Shown here piece by piece: positions 1 to 11,539 of a stretch of 26,275 bases of DNA. Positions within the stretch are counted from its first letter, which is position 1; every line of letters starts with the position of its first letter. The position numbers were made by a program, and so were the translations under genes. The notes under the pieces were generated by a model that did no database searches, was not told the origin of the DNA, and saw only the letters and a list, made by a program, of their open reading frames with translations. The DNA is from Amoebidium appalachense. Lineage: Eukaryota > Protista > Ichthyosporea. The stretch spans positions 1-26,275 of the forward strand of contig CAVNZM010000054.1 in the NCBI GenBank assembly GCA_963693365.1. Direction: 5' to 3'.

Positions 1-650
1 GCCAGCTATACAAAGCGCATCGCGTGCCCATGCATCCCGGCGTAACACGTGTACTTCAGGCTCATTCTCTCAGGAAACGTACGGGCGGAGCCTCTATTTC
101 ATGCATCACGGTGGCCACTGCTCACTACCAGGAAGGCTTGAGCAACAAAGTGTGCACTGAACATCTGTGACAACTCAGTGAGGGGAGGAGGGGGGGGAGG
201 AGCAGGGTGAGGGGTTGGAGAGCGAGGTAGAGAGCGAGGTGGGGTCTTTATGGTGTCTCGTAGAGAAAGTAAACCCTGATATATAGTCACCACCCGACAT
301 CTATGTACGTGATCATGATATACCGCTGAGGGGATATTCCGAGCAAACCCCCCCCCCCCCATACCTGAGACTGGTTCTCTTTGCCTCGAGTAAACAGCGT
401 AAACCCCCAAGTTAGTTTCTAAGTAAAAAAACGAGTGAAACATGCGCCTAAGAGCCCTTATATTTGAATTTCGGTCCCCGGCGATCGGGTGAGGGCAGCC
501 CTTACACTATGGGCCATAGCCCTTTCGGAAAGTGAGGCCAATCAGATGACCCGAATCTTGGAGGTAAGCCATATTTGGTTGATGCTTTTGAGTAGATCAC
601 GCCTGGGCCAATATCGTTTCTATCACGATAACCCTTTTCTTTCAACCAAT

Positions 651-948
651 CAACCTATTCTCCGATATTATTACCGAAAACGGTTTTCTATTACCCACAT
701 GGCCAGATCCGGGACGGTGATCGGCGTTTTTTTATTTTAAAACTTTAATTTTTTACCTGACCGCTAAAAGATCTGGCCATCCGCCCATCTGGCCATTGAG
801 TCACACCAAACAACCTATTATCCGATATTATTACCGAAAACGGTTTTCTATTACCCACATGGCCAGATTCGGGACGGTGATCGGCGTTTCTTTATTTTAA
901 AATTTTAATTTTTCACCTGACCGCTAAAAGATCTGGCCATCTGGCCAT
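651..948. repeat. Tandem duplication, 160-bp period (~1.9 copies)
   Basis: caacctatt(c/a)tccgatattattaccgaaaacgg starts at 651 and at 811. Each unit contains an internal inverted pair atggccagat...atctggccat. Confidence 0.9.
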
Positions 949-969
949 GGATGTCTATGTGTATAACAC

Positions 970-1892
970 TAACTGCCACTGCCCGGGGGGCTGGTTCCGC
1001 GTGCACGGGAGGCAAAGGAGGCAAAGGAGGCAGGTGTGCTGGTGTGCTGGCGTGCTGGTGTGCCGGTGTGCTGGTGTGCTGGCGTGCTGGTGAGCTGGGG
1101 AGCTGGGGAGGCTGGGGAGGCTGGCGGGCCACTCACAGTGTCTGTGTGCACTACTGCCACTGCCCGGGGCGGGGGGTGGTTCCGCGTGCACGGGAGCTGG
1201 GAGGCAGGGGAGCTGGGGTGCTGGCGTGCACTACTGCCACTGCCCGGGCGTGGTTCCGGGAGGCACGGGTGCTGGGGGGCGGGGGTGCTGGGGTGCTGGG
1301 GGGCTGGGGTGCTGGGGAGGCTGGCGGGCTGGTGTGCTGGGGAGGCTGGCGGGCCACCCACAGTGTCTGTGTGCACTACTGCCACTGCCCGGGGGGGGTG
1401 GTTCCGCGTGCACGGGAGCTGGGAGGCAGGGGAGCTGGGGTGCTGGTGTGCTGGGGTGCTGGGGAGCCACCCACAGTGTTAGTGGGATGTGTGTGTGCAC
1501 TACTGTCTATATGTATAAGACTGACTGCCACTGTCCGGGCGTGGTTCCGGGAGGCACGGGTGCTGGGGGGCGGGGAGCTGGGGGGCGGGGGAGGCTGGGG
1601 TGCTGGGGTGCTGGGGTGCTGGGGTGCTGGGGTGCTGGGGTGCTGGGGGGCCACTCACAGTGTCTGTGTGCACTACTGCCACTGCCCGGGGGGATGGTTC
1701 CGGGAGGCACGGGTGCTGGGGGGCGGGGGGGCTGGGGCGCTGGGGAGGCTGGCGGGCTGGTGTGCTGGGGAGGCTGGCGGGCCACCCACAGTGTCTGTGT
1801 GCACTACTGCCACTGCCCGGGGGGGTGGTTCCGCGTGCACGGGAGCTGGGAGGCAGGGGAGCTGGGGTGCTGGTGTGCTGGTGTGCTGGGGG
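970..1892. repeat. G-rich compound minisatellite
   Basis: Many copies of gtgctggg(g)/ggctggcgg, organised into larger recurring blocks (cacagtgtctgtgtgcactactgccactgcccggg...tggttcc). The ORFs here are low-complexity by-products of the repeat. Confidence 0.9.
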
Positions 1893-2427
1893 GACTTAGC
1901 ATGTTTTGCACGGAAGCATTATCTGACCGGGGAGGGGAGAGAGTGTTGGAGTACACTGGTACTCCCGGCTAGCAATGTCTGTTAGAGAAAGTTTCTGAGC
2001 AATTGAATAACTGTTTCAACACTCACTCGAGTGCATAGAGCTTTTGTTTACGGTCATATTCATATATGGTAGTTATATGTTTGAGCCAAAACTGTACCAA
2101 TGACGAGCTTCACTAGCAACGTGCTAATTGTGCTCATTAATTAATATTCCCGGTTCAGATGATGTCATGTCTATATTTGCCACAGGATTCTATTCTTAGA
2201 GTGGTAGTGTGCTTTATTCCCGGATATTCTCAGAATATTTTTAGTTGTGTGAAGCAAGATTTACGTTTAACTGCAATTGGTGTGTTAAACACGTTTATTT
2301 GTGTGCTTTAGTGCAAGTTAACTAGCCACTCAACGTGCACAGTTAACTTTTATATCTTTAACGACTTGTTTTCATTGTGCTCTCTTTTCGGCCATGCTGT
2401 ACATGGCCCACCACCAGGGTGCACACG

Positions 2428-2461
2428 AGGCCACCATGAGGTGGCCAACGACTATATAAAG
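2428..2461 (+). promoter_or_regulatory. Candidate TATA box preceded by a 7-bp inverted repeat
   Basis: ggccacc-atga-ggtggcc is followed by tatataaag, about 115 bp upstream of the ATG at 2573. Confidence 0.35.
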
Positions 2462-2572
2462 CAGTGCCTCCCATGTCACAAACATGGGAAGCAGAACGTT
2501 TGATTTACACTTTTCTACTGTCGTTTCCAGTGCACAAAACACATAGACTAGTTACCCATCATACACGACACT

Positions 2573-2710
2573 ATGTCTGACAACTTACAGTTGCAGCAAC
2601 TAGTCCAACTACTGGAGCAGAGGTTGGCCTCACAAGATGCAATCATTTCTGACTTACAGAAGGAACAACGTGCACTAGAACTAGCTTCTATGAACACAAT
2701 GTCCAACAGA
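2573..2710 (+). pseudogene. Coiled-coil-like N-terminal fragment or first exon of an unknown gene
   Basis: MSDNLQLQQLVQLLEQRLASQDAIISDLQKEQRALEL has a heptad pattern. Coding character is lost at the G-run at 2713. Confidence 0.35.
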
Positions 2711-2749
2711 GAGGGGGGGGGGAGGGAGGGGGGAGGGGCTTACTTGCAG

Positions 2750-2990
2750 AGGCAGTGCTTTTGTGCATGGGGGTGGGGGTGGGGCGTGGTGGTGGTAAAA
2801 ACCTCCCATGTTTTATTATTTGCATTCGCACACACACAAGGTTATTACTTGCAACTTGATTATTTTGCATTCACACTTATTACTTGCAATTGATTATTTT
2901 GCATTCACACTATTATTTGCATTCACACACACAAGGATATTATTACTTGATTATTATTTGCATTCACACTCCTATTACATTCACACCCAA
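2750..2990. repeat. AT-rich short-motif array (ttattttgcattcacac)
   Basis: Multiple copies of tttgcattcacac and ttacttg. The same motifs recur at 5860-6080. Confidence 0.7.
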
Positions 2991-3029
2991 TACACAAATA
3001 CGATCATGTTGTCCATCCCCACCATTGTC

Positions 3030-4412
3030 CTAGCCTATGTGGTGGAGAGCAACGAGCTCTCCCAGTGTGGTTTTCAGTTTGTCTGCGATGGGTGGCAGGA
3101 CCAGACGGTCGTTGATGTATACACTGCCGGAAATGTCCTCGCACACAACCCGGATGTCGGGTGACAACCGTTGGAGGTCCCCCCGGAGCCTCACTGTTGA
3201 AAGTGTGTTTATTTTCAGCTTTTTCACGTGAGGTGGAATGTCAAACGACGCATTGATGTATTCGTCGTGGTCGTGGTCTAAATCCACGTCGTGATTTTGG
3301 AACACCTCGAGTATGCGCACCGAGTACGCATACTTGGGCAGCTCCGTGAGTACACGAGGAACGGTGGCTCGCACGACTTGTGGCATCCGGTGCCCGCCCT
3401 CAAAAGTCCATACTGAGTACGGCATGGTGCATACGAACGTCTTGATATCGCACAAAGTCCGCTGCCCACCGCGCCCCTGTCTCAGGCTATCACCTCCGAG
3501 ATTCACATAGTCAGTGTTCTCGATTTTGCCGGTGAATAATTTCCCTTCTTCCAACACAACAACACGAGCCCCTGATATTGTGTCAAAAACCACATCGCCG
3601 TATGCGCCGATTTTGACCTCTTCAATGCCGGTACATGCTTCGAGACCCCGAATGGTGTGCACGATTGTTTCCTCGTCGAGGTAACCGTTCATATGCTCGT
3701 CCTCGGGACGGTATGTCACTTCGAGAACCTGCAATGACGGGGGAAGCAGAAGCGTGGTGTTGTGTCTTATGTGAAACCTAAACACCTGGTGGTAGAGTTG
3801 GACGTCTAGTGTTTTCAGTTGGCTGAACACTGAAAAATCCCAGACGTGTGTGGGGAGTACGTGCTCATTGATGTCCGGACGCATAAAGAATGCGTCTATC
3901 TTGACCAGGTTTCTGAGGCACACCATGTTTGCCATTCGCCTGAAGTTGATACCCCATGCGGGGAAGTAACAGACTGAGTCACTGGCATGTTTATTCCAGA
4001 GATCGACGGGGTCAGTTGCCACGAGTTCTGTAAGGTTTGGGAACGCCGCCATCCTACCCAGAGTGAACGGGGTCAGTACCCCTTCGCCCGCCGGTATGCG
4101 CGGAACGAGTTTTAGGGCCTTGATTTTGTCAAACACGGGTGTATCCGGTACCCTCTTGAGCTCGTCCAGCCACACGGAGACCGCCGCCATTTTCGCTCTC
4201 TGCACAAACTTCACGCGGGCACCGTCCGGGTCGAACGAGCCAATGTTGACGTAAAACGGGCTGGTTACTGCTTGTGTGGCCAACTCCATCACCTTGGCAC
4301 GGCTTGCCTTGTTTACCATCGACGCGTTCATGCGAGACTCGTAGTCAAGGAACTCGAAAATGGTGTGAATAACTTCTGTGGGGAGGAGCGCTACGGAGTA
4401 TTCCTGGCCCAT
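3030..4412 (-). CDS. Intronless F-box protein with a probable LRR-like C-terminal region (460 aa)
   Basis: N-terminal LLPTEVIHTIFEFLDYESRMNASMVNK fits the F-box consensus (LP.EI...IF..L.......S.V.K). Later FPNLTELV, FSQLKTLDV and LPPSLQVLEV segments are LRR-like. The ORF is uninterrupted and of normal complexity. Confidence 0.75.
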   Translation of the reverse strand: MGQEYSVALLPTEVIHTIFEFLDYESRMNASMVNKASRAKVMELATQAVTSPFYVNIGSFDPDGARVKFVQRAKMAAVSVWLDELKRVPDTPVFDKIKALKLVPRIPAGEGVLTPFTLGRMAAFPNLTELVATDPVDLWNKHASDSVCYFPAWGINFRRMANMVCLRNLVKIDAFFMRPDINEHVLPTHVWDFSVFSQLKTLDVQLYHQVFRFHIRHNTTLLLPPSLQVLEVTYRPEDEHMNGYLDEETIVHTIRGLEACTGIEEVKIGAYGDVVFDTISGARVVVLEEGKLFTGKIENTDYVNLGGDSLRQGRGGQRTLCDIKTFVCTMPYSVWTFEGGHRMPQVVRATVPRVLTELPKYAYSVRILEVFQNHDVDLDHDHDEYINASFDIPPHVKKLKINTLSTVRLRGDLQRLSPDIRVVCEDISGSVYINDRLVLPPIADKLKTTLGELVALHHIG

Positions 4413-4685
4413 TTTGTTATGTCACGGTTTTCGCTGAGGAGGAGGAAAGAAAGAGCGAGGCAAGTTGTGGCTGTTGTTTTCTTTTGTATTCTATTTTTTA
4501 GCGCGACCCGAGCAGAGCGCCATCTGATTGGAGATGGTGTGAAAGCACTGGTATGGCATGTGATGCCCACAGCCATCAAGCAGATGGTGTAATTGTTGGC
4601 CGATATCCGGCCATCCCAAAACGAACTGGCGCACGATCTGATTGGCTCAGATTTGACATTTGATAAGCAGATTTTTGATTCGCTA

Positions 4686-5628
<943 letters not shown>

Positions 5629-5630
5629 TG

Positions 5631-5968
5631 GTGCATGTGTGTGGGGTGGGTCGGTGATTTTTGCAGTGCTTTTGCATGTGTGTGCATATGGGCAGTGCTT
5701 TTGTGCATGTGTGTGGGGTGGGTCGGTGATTTTTGCAGTGCTTTTGCATGTGTGTGCATATGGGCAGTGCTTTTGTGCATGTGTGTGGGGTGGGTCGGTG
5801 ATTTTTGCAGTGCTTTTGCATGTGTGTAGTGCATATGGGCAGTGCTTTTGTGCATGTGTGTGGGGTGGGTCGGTGATTACTTGCCTTGCAACTTGATTAC
5901 ATTCACACACTTTGCATGTGTGTAGTGCATGTGGGCAGTGCTTTTGTGCATGTGTGTGGGGTGGGTCG
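5631..5968. repeat. 72-bp tandem repeat (~4 copies)
   Basis: gtgcatgtgtgtggggtgggtcgg occurs at 5631, 5703, 5775, 5850 and, after a diverged unit, at ~5946. Confidence 0.9.
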
Positions 5969-6323
5969 GGGAGGGGTGGGGTGGGGAGGTTGGAGGGGTG
6001 GGGGGTGGGGTGTGTGTGTGTGTACGGGTGTGTGTGTTTGTGTGTGTATATTACACTCAGGTATTATTTGCATTCACATCAGCAATCTCCCCCCCCCCTC
6101 GTAACCCCACCGAAGACCTCGTCGATGGGTTGGCACTGGTTTAGGACTGTCTAATGGATGGGTTTACGCTATATGAAGGAAAAACCTCCAAACCCGTCGA
6201 CGACGTCGTAGACCGTCGGCGGAGTGGTTTACGACCCCTTTAGGGATGACCGACAGTATTGGGACAGCCCAATGTATAACCCTAACCACACCTATGGATG
6301 GGTTTACAGCAACCACAACTTTC

Positions 6324-7758
6324 GTGGTACTCCTAACCCCATACATTGGATGTACACTGGATGTCGTACACACCTCCGGATTACGACATCATAAGATGGT
6401 CTTGCTGCACCCCCTCGGAAGACTGTCTTACGACGTCGGAAATAACTGTCGAATGGATGGGTTTACAATATCCATATGAATGTCCTCGACAACCATTAGT
6501 TGTCGTAAACCCGCCGGCGCCGCCCCCTGAGTACGACATCGTAACATGCTCTTACGACACCCCACGTGAGACTGTCACTAGACGTCTGAAACCCCGCCGG
6601 ATGGATTGGTTTACAGTATCCATTTGAAGGTCCACGATACACTGTGTATGTCGTAAACACCTGCACATTACGACATCGTAAGATGATATTATGGTGGTAC
6701 TCCTAACCCCATACATTGGATGTACACTGTATGTCGTGCACACCTCCGGATTACGACATCATAAGATGGTCTTGCTGCACCCCCTCGGAAGACTGTCTTA
6801 AGACATCGGAAACAACTGTCGAATGGATGGGTTTACAATATCCAAATGAATGTCCTCGACAACCATTAGTTGTCGTAAACCCCACCTGAGTACGACATCG
6901 TAACATGCTCTTACGACACCCCACATGAGACTGTCAATTGACGTCTGAAACCCCGCCGGATGGATTGGTTTACAGTATCCATTTGAAGGTCCACGATACA
7001 CTGTGTATGTCGTAAACACCTGCACATTACGACATCGTAAGATGATATTATGGTGGTACTCCTAACCCCATACATTGGATGTACACTGTATGTCGTGCAC
7101 ACCTCCGGATTACGACATCATAAGATGGTCTTGCTGCACCCCCTCGGAAGACTGTCTTAAGACATCGGAAACAACTGTCGAATGGATGGGTTTACAATAT
7201 CCATATGAATGTCCTCGACAACCATTAGTTGTCGTAAACCCCCCCAGCATACGACATCGTAACGTGCTCTTGCGACACCCCACGTGAGACTGTCAATAGA
7301 CGTCTGAAACCCCGCCGGATGGATTGGTTTACAGTATCCATTTGAAGGTCCACGATACACTGTGTATGTCGTAAACACCTGCACATTACGACATCGTAAG
7401 ATGATATTATGGTGGTACTCCTAACCCCATACATTGGATGTACACTGGATGTCGTGCACACCTCCGGATTACGACATCATAAGATGGTCCTGCTGCACCT
7501 CCTCGGAAGACTGTCTTAAGACATCGGAAACAACTGTCGTATGGATGGGTTTACAATAGCCATATGAATGTCCTCGACAACCATGAGTTGTCGTAAACCC
7601 CCCCAGCATACGACATCATAACATGCTCTTGCGACACCCAACGTGAGACTGTCAATAGACGTCTGAAACCCCGCCGGATGGATTGGTTTACAGTATCCAT
7701 TTGAAGGTCCACGATACACTGCCAGGTCGTAAACACCTGCACATTACGACATCGTAAG
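6324..7758. repeat. ~359-bp higher-order satellite, left part
   Basis: gtggtactcctaaccccatacattggatgtacac recurs near 6325, 6694, 7053 and 7412. A degenerate lead-in starts at ~6100. Confidence 0.95.
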
Positions 7759-8326
7759 GGTTTTATTTGTGGAAATTATTGACATAAATATTTTTCTGGG
7801 TAAACACGTAGGATGGGTGTTCGATACCAACATAACCATGTAGGCTTCATTTTCGTGTTTTAGCAGTTAGCGGTTGGCTGCCCGCACACGGGCACCAATT
7901 AGCCAATCAAAACATCAGATACCACAGATCACTAGACCGAGTTATGATTGGCTCGGATCAGATTTCACATATCACTAGATCGATTTTGATTGGCTCAGAT
8001 CGGTAGGCTTAGGTATATAAGCACGACAGTTTTTAGCAGATCAGCAAGCTACAAACACATCTTCTGTGTTTAGCATCCACAGCCTTACAGCTATATATTC
8101 CTTTTCACCCACCCACCTACACCCACACTCAACCCCCATTGATCCACACATACGTGCTGTTTTTTCACGGGGCGAAGACTTCCCCCGTTTTTTGGGCACA
8201 TGGACCTCACGGATCAATAAATTGATGACTGGGGGCTTGCCGTGGTTTACAACCATTGCAGGTTCACTTTCGTCCAAGGGGATGTCCCCCTAGAGGCAAC
8301 ACACGTCCCGGAGTAGTTTTCATAGA
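7759..8326 (+). mobile_element. Solo A-B split direct repeat of the Ngaro/PAT-like YR retrotransposon
   Basis: Reverse-complement homolog of 9666-10223 with some substitutions and small indels. It interrupts the satellite cleanly (atcgtaag|atgatattatgg) with no TSD. It contains gattggct (CCAAT) boxes and gtatataagc. Confidence 0.85.
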
Positions 8327-9296
8327 ATGATATTATGGTGGTACTCCTAACCCCATACATTGGATGTACACTGTATGTCGTGCACACCTCCGGATTACGA
8401 CATCATAAGATGGTCTTGCTGCACCCCCTCGGAAGACTGTCTTAAGACATCGGAAACAACTGTCGAATGGATGGGTTTACAATATCCTTATGAGTGTCCT
8501 CGACAACCATTAGTTGTCGTAAACCCCCCCAGCATACGACATCGTAACATGCTCTTGCGACACCCAACGTAAGACTGTCAATAGACGTCTGAAAACCCGC
8601 CTAATGGATTGGTTTACAGTATCCATTTGAAGGTCCACGATACACTGTGTATGTCGTAAACACCTGCAAATTACGACATCGTAAGATGATATTATGGTGG
8701 TACTCCTAACCCCATACATTGGATGTACACTGTATGTCGTGCACACCTCCGGATTACGACATCATAAGATGGTCTTGCTGCACCCCCTCGGAAGACTGTC
8801 TTAAGACATCGGAAACAACTGTCGAATGGATGGGTTTACAATATCCATATGAATGTCCTCGACAACCATTAGTTGTCGTAAACCCCCCCGAGTACGACAT
8901 CGTAACATGCTCTTGCGACACCCAACGTAAGACTGTCAATGGACGTCTGAAAACCCGCCTAATGGATTGGTTTACATCTCGTGCACACCTCCGGATTACG
9001 ACATCATAAGATGGTCTTGCTGCACCCCTTCGGAAGACTGTCTTAAGACGTCGGAAACAACTGTCGAATGGATGGGTTTACAATATCCATATGAATGTCC
9101 TCGACAACCATTAGTTGTCGTAAACCCCCCAGAGTGCGACATCGTAACATGCTCGGGCATCACCCAACGTAAGACTGTCAATGGACGTCTGAAAACCTGC
9201 CTAATGGATTGGTTTACAGTATCCATTTGAAGGTCCACGACACACCATACTATGTCGTAAACACCTGCAAATTACAATATCGTTAGATGATATTAT
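8327..9296. repeat. ~359-bp satellite, right part
   Basis: The same unit resumes in phase after the insertion (8338, 8697). A shortened junction lies near 8975. Confidence 0.95.
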
Positions 9297-9371
9297 GATG
9301 CCCCATCCATTACCAAATGGCAAAAGTTCTGCCATCGTTACCTGTAGGATCTATACACCTAGACACGTGCA

Positions 9372-9429
9372 GGGGGGGGGGGGGGGTCGTAGTGGGAAGG
9401 AGGGAAGACAGGGGGGGTTGGGTGGGGGG

Positions 9430-9483
<54 letters not shown>
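9372..9483. repeat. Poly-G tracts
   Basis: Several G runs, including one of more than 50 nt at 9431-9483. Confidence 0.9.
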
Positions 9484-9627
9484 CGGCAGACACGTACGTT
9501 CTGTAACGCTCCTTCATCTCGTTGAGTGAGTCCTTTTTTATAATGTATTTCCGTTTATATATTTACACATAATCGCCACATTCATTTACCGGTGCGCCAT
9601 GATAAACACATGGCCGGCTTATCATTG

Positions 9628-9629
<2 letters not shown>

Positions 9630-9665
<36 letters not shown>
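9630..9665. repeat. (CA)n microsatellite abutting the retrotransposon 3' end
   Basis: A pure ac repeat ends immediately before B2. Confidence 0.9.
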
Positions 9666-9668
<3 letters not shown>

Positions 9669-10312
9669 ATGAAAACTACTCCGGGACGTGTGTTGCCTCT
9701 AGGGGGACATCCCCTTGGACGAAAGTGAACCTGCAATGGTTGTAAACCACGGCAGGCCCCCAGTCATCAATTTATTGATCCGTGAGGTCCTTGTGCCCAA
9801 AAAACGGGGGGAAGTCTTCGCCCCGTGAAAAAACAGCACGTATGTGGGGATCAATGGGGGTTGAGTGTAGGGTGTAGGTGGGTGGGTGAAAAAGAAAATA
9901 TAGCTGTAAAGCTGTAGGTGCTAAACACAGAAGATGTGTTGTTGCTTGCTGATCTGCTAAAAACTGTCGTGCTTATATACCTAAGGCTACCGGACTGAGC
10001 CAATCAAAACCGATCTAGTGTTATGTGAAATCTTATCCTGAGCCAATCAAACTCGGTCTAGTGATCTGTGGAATCTGATGTTTTGATCGGCTAATAGGTG
10101 CCCGTATGCGGGCAGCCGAACGCGAACTGCTAAAACATGAAACGAAGCCTGTTGATATCGGACACCCATCCTACGTGTTTACCCAGAAAAATATTTATGT
10201 CAATAATTTCCACAAATAAAACCTCTATGAAAACTACTCCGGGACGTGTGTTGCCTCCAGGGGGACATCCCCTTGGACGAAAGTGAACCTGCAATGGTTG
10301 TAAACCACGGCA
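9666..10312 (-). repeat. B1-A2-B2 split direct repeats
   Basis: Two 89-bp B copies (tctatgaaaactactccgggac...gtaaaccacggca) at 9666 and 10224 differ by one substitution that I can see. They flank the 469-bp A segment. Confidence 0.9.
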
Positions 10313-10340
10313 CGAGAGCAGTATGCTTGCTCCAAAGGTT

Positions 10341-11539
10341 TCACTTAAGAATAGAGGCGAATACACGTGTGGTAGTGGCAGCAATGGAGGCCGGACGAAG
10401 TCGGGTATAGATCAGGAAACAGTCGGAGGACCACCTGCCGAGTTGTTTGATCCGGGAGTCGTCGACCCCGGCCTCAGCCAGTGCTGTGGCCCCCCCGATG
10501 CGGAGGCTGTGTCCGGCAAACCGGGAGGGTGAGAGGCCTGCCCGGGAGAGGAGGGCACGGAAATCGGCAGAGAAAGCACTCTTGGTGTAGGGGATGCCAC
10601 CGAGACTGAAGAGGGGGTCGTCGGGTTGACCGGACGTTGTTCCAGGAACTGCCGGAGGAGATGGGCTGGGGAGAAGTGGGTGAGGGGCAGAGCAGCTAGA
10701 GTGACGTTGACACCTCGGGCCTGTACATCCGTCTTAGAGGTTGGCAGGTGGAGGGTGGCATGGGACAAAGTACCGGTGGGGGTGTAGGTGAAGGTCACGT
10801 CTTTCCGTTTAACGTGACGGGACGGGTCGAAAGAAGTCAGGGTCTTGGAGGTAAATTCCCCTTAACGGAGGAGACCACAGAAACCGACGATGAGGGCCGT
10901 CCATAGCCGGAGATTGGCCGAGGAGGCCTTGGTGGGGCACTGGCCATGAAGTAGGCTGAGGTGGGAGGGCAGGAGGGGTTCCCTGGTGGATGAGCGGGGT
11001 CGGATGTTGTGAGAAAGCTGCCATCTGCCCACCCCCCGTAGGAACCAGGCCAGAGACTTGTCGTGGGGGTAGGGAGCAGGGAGGCCCATGTCGAGGTGGA
11101 GCCTGGTGATGGCCGAATTGTAGCCGGTTAAGGAAGAGGCCTGTACCCCTCGTTGGGCACACCAGGCGAGAAAAAGTTGCACGGTGTGTGGGGAGGCCGG
11201 GAGAGAGGACCCGGAGGGGGATTGCAGCCGAGATGCCACACAGAAATCGATGAACACTTTTTGCACCCGGGAGTAAAAGGCCCGAGAGTCGAGGTTGAGA
11301 CTCAGGGCCTGGCATTCCTGCAGGGTAGTGGTGGCTCGAAGCAGCTCGGCCGGAGCAAAGTGGGGGGCCAATCTGCCAGCGTTGCTCCGGAACGGGAGAT
11401 CTTGGGGGGGGGGGGGGGGGGGGTTAGCCCAAGGGAAGGGATAGGAACTCGTGGACCCAGGAGGGGAAGGGGCAGGGCTCCGGTTGCAGGGAAGGTCGGA
11501 GTCGTCGGGCCCGGGGAAGTTGGTTACGAGAAATGGCAT
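10341..11539 (-). pseudogene. Tyrosine recombinase of the DIRS-type element (disrupted)
   Basis: SAM-like N-terminal region, then GLLR*GEF (in-frame TAA at 10862-10864), SKTD, a frameshift near 10620, and PLF...GHSLRIGGAT...LGRWSSDCFLIY with a stop at 10341. The catalytic R, K, HxxR, W and Y motifs are all present. Confidence 0.9.

Noticed and set aside
3-170. Possible retroviral integrase Zn-binding fragment (AHRVPMHPGVTR)
   Set aside because: Only an H-x4-H-P-G resemblance, with no CxxC or DDE core following; too weak to call.
951-1985. 344-aa and overlapping Gly/Trp/Cys-rich ORFs
   Set aside because: They are open in several frames on both strands because of the stop-poor minisatellite.
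7759-10223. The inverted repeat pair as the TIRs of one DNA transposon
   Set aside because: The satellite resumes in phase on both sides of the left copy, and the right copy is part of the B1-A2-B2 end. These are two independent insertions.
10341-11539. Tyrosine recombinase as the integrase of the adjacent PLV
   Set aside because: It overlaps a DIRS-type RNase H, is followed by split direct repeats and lies outside the candidate viral terminus, so it belongs to the retrotransposon.
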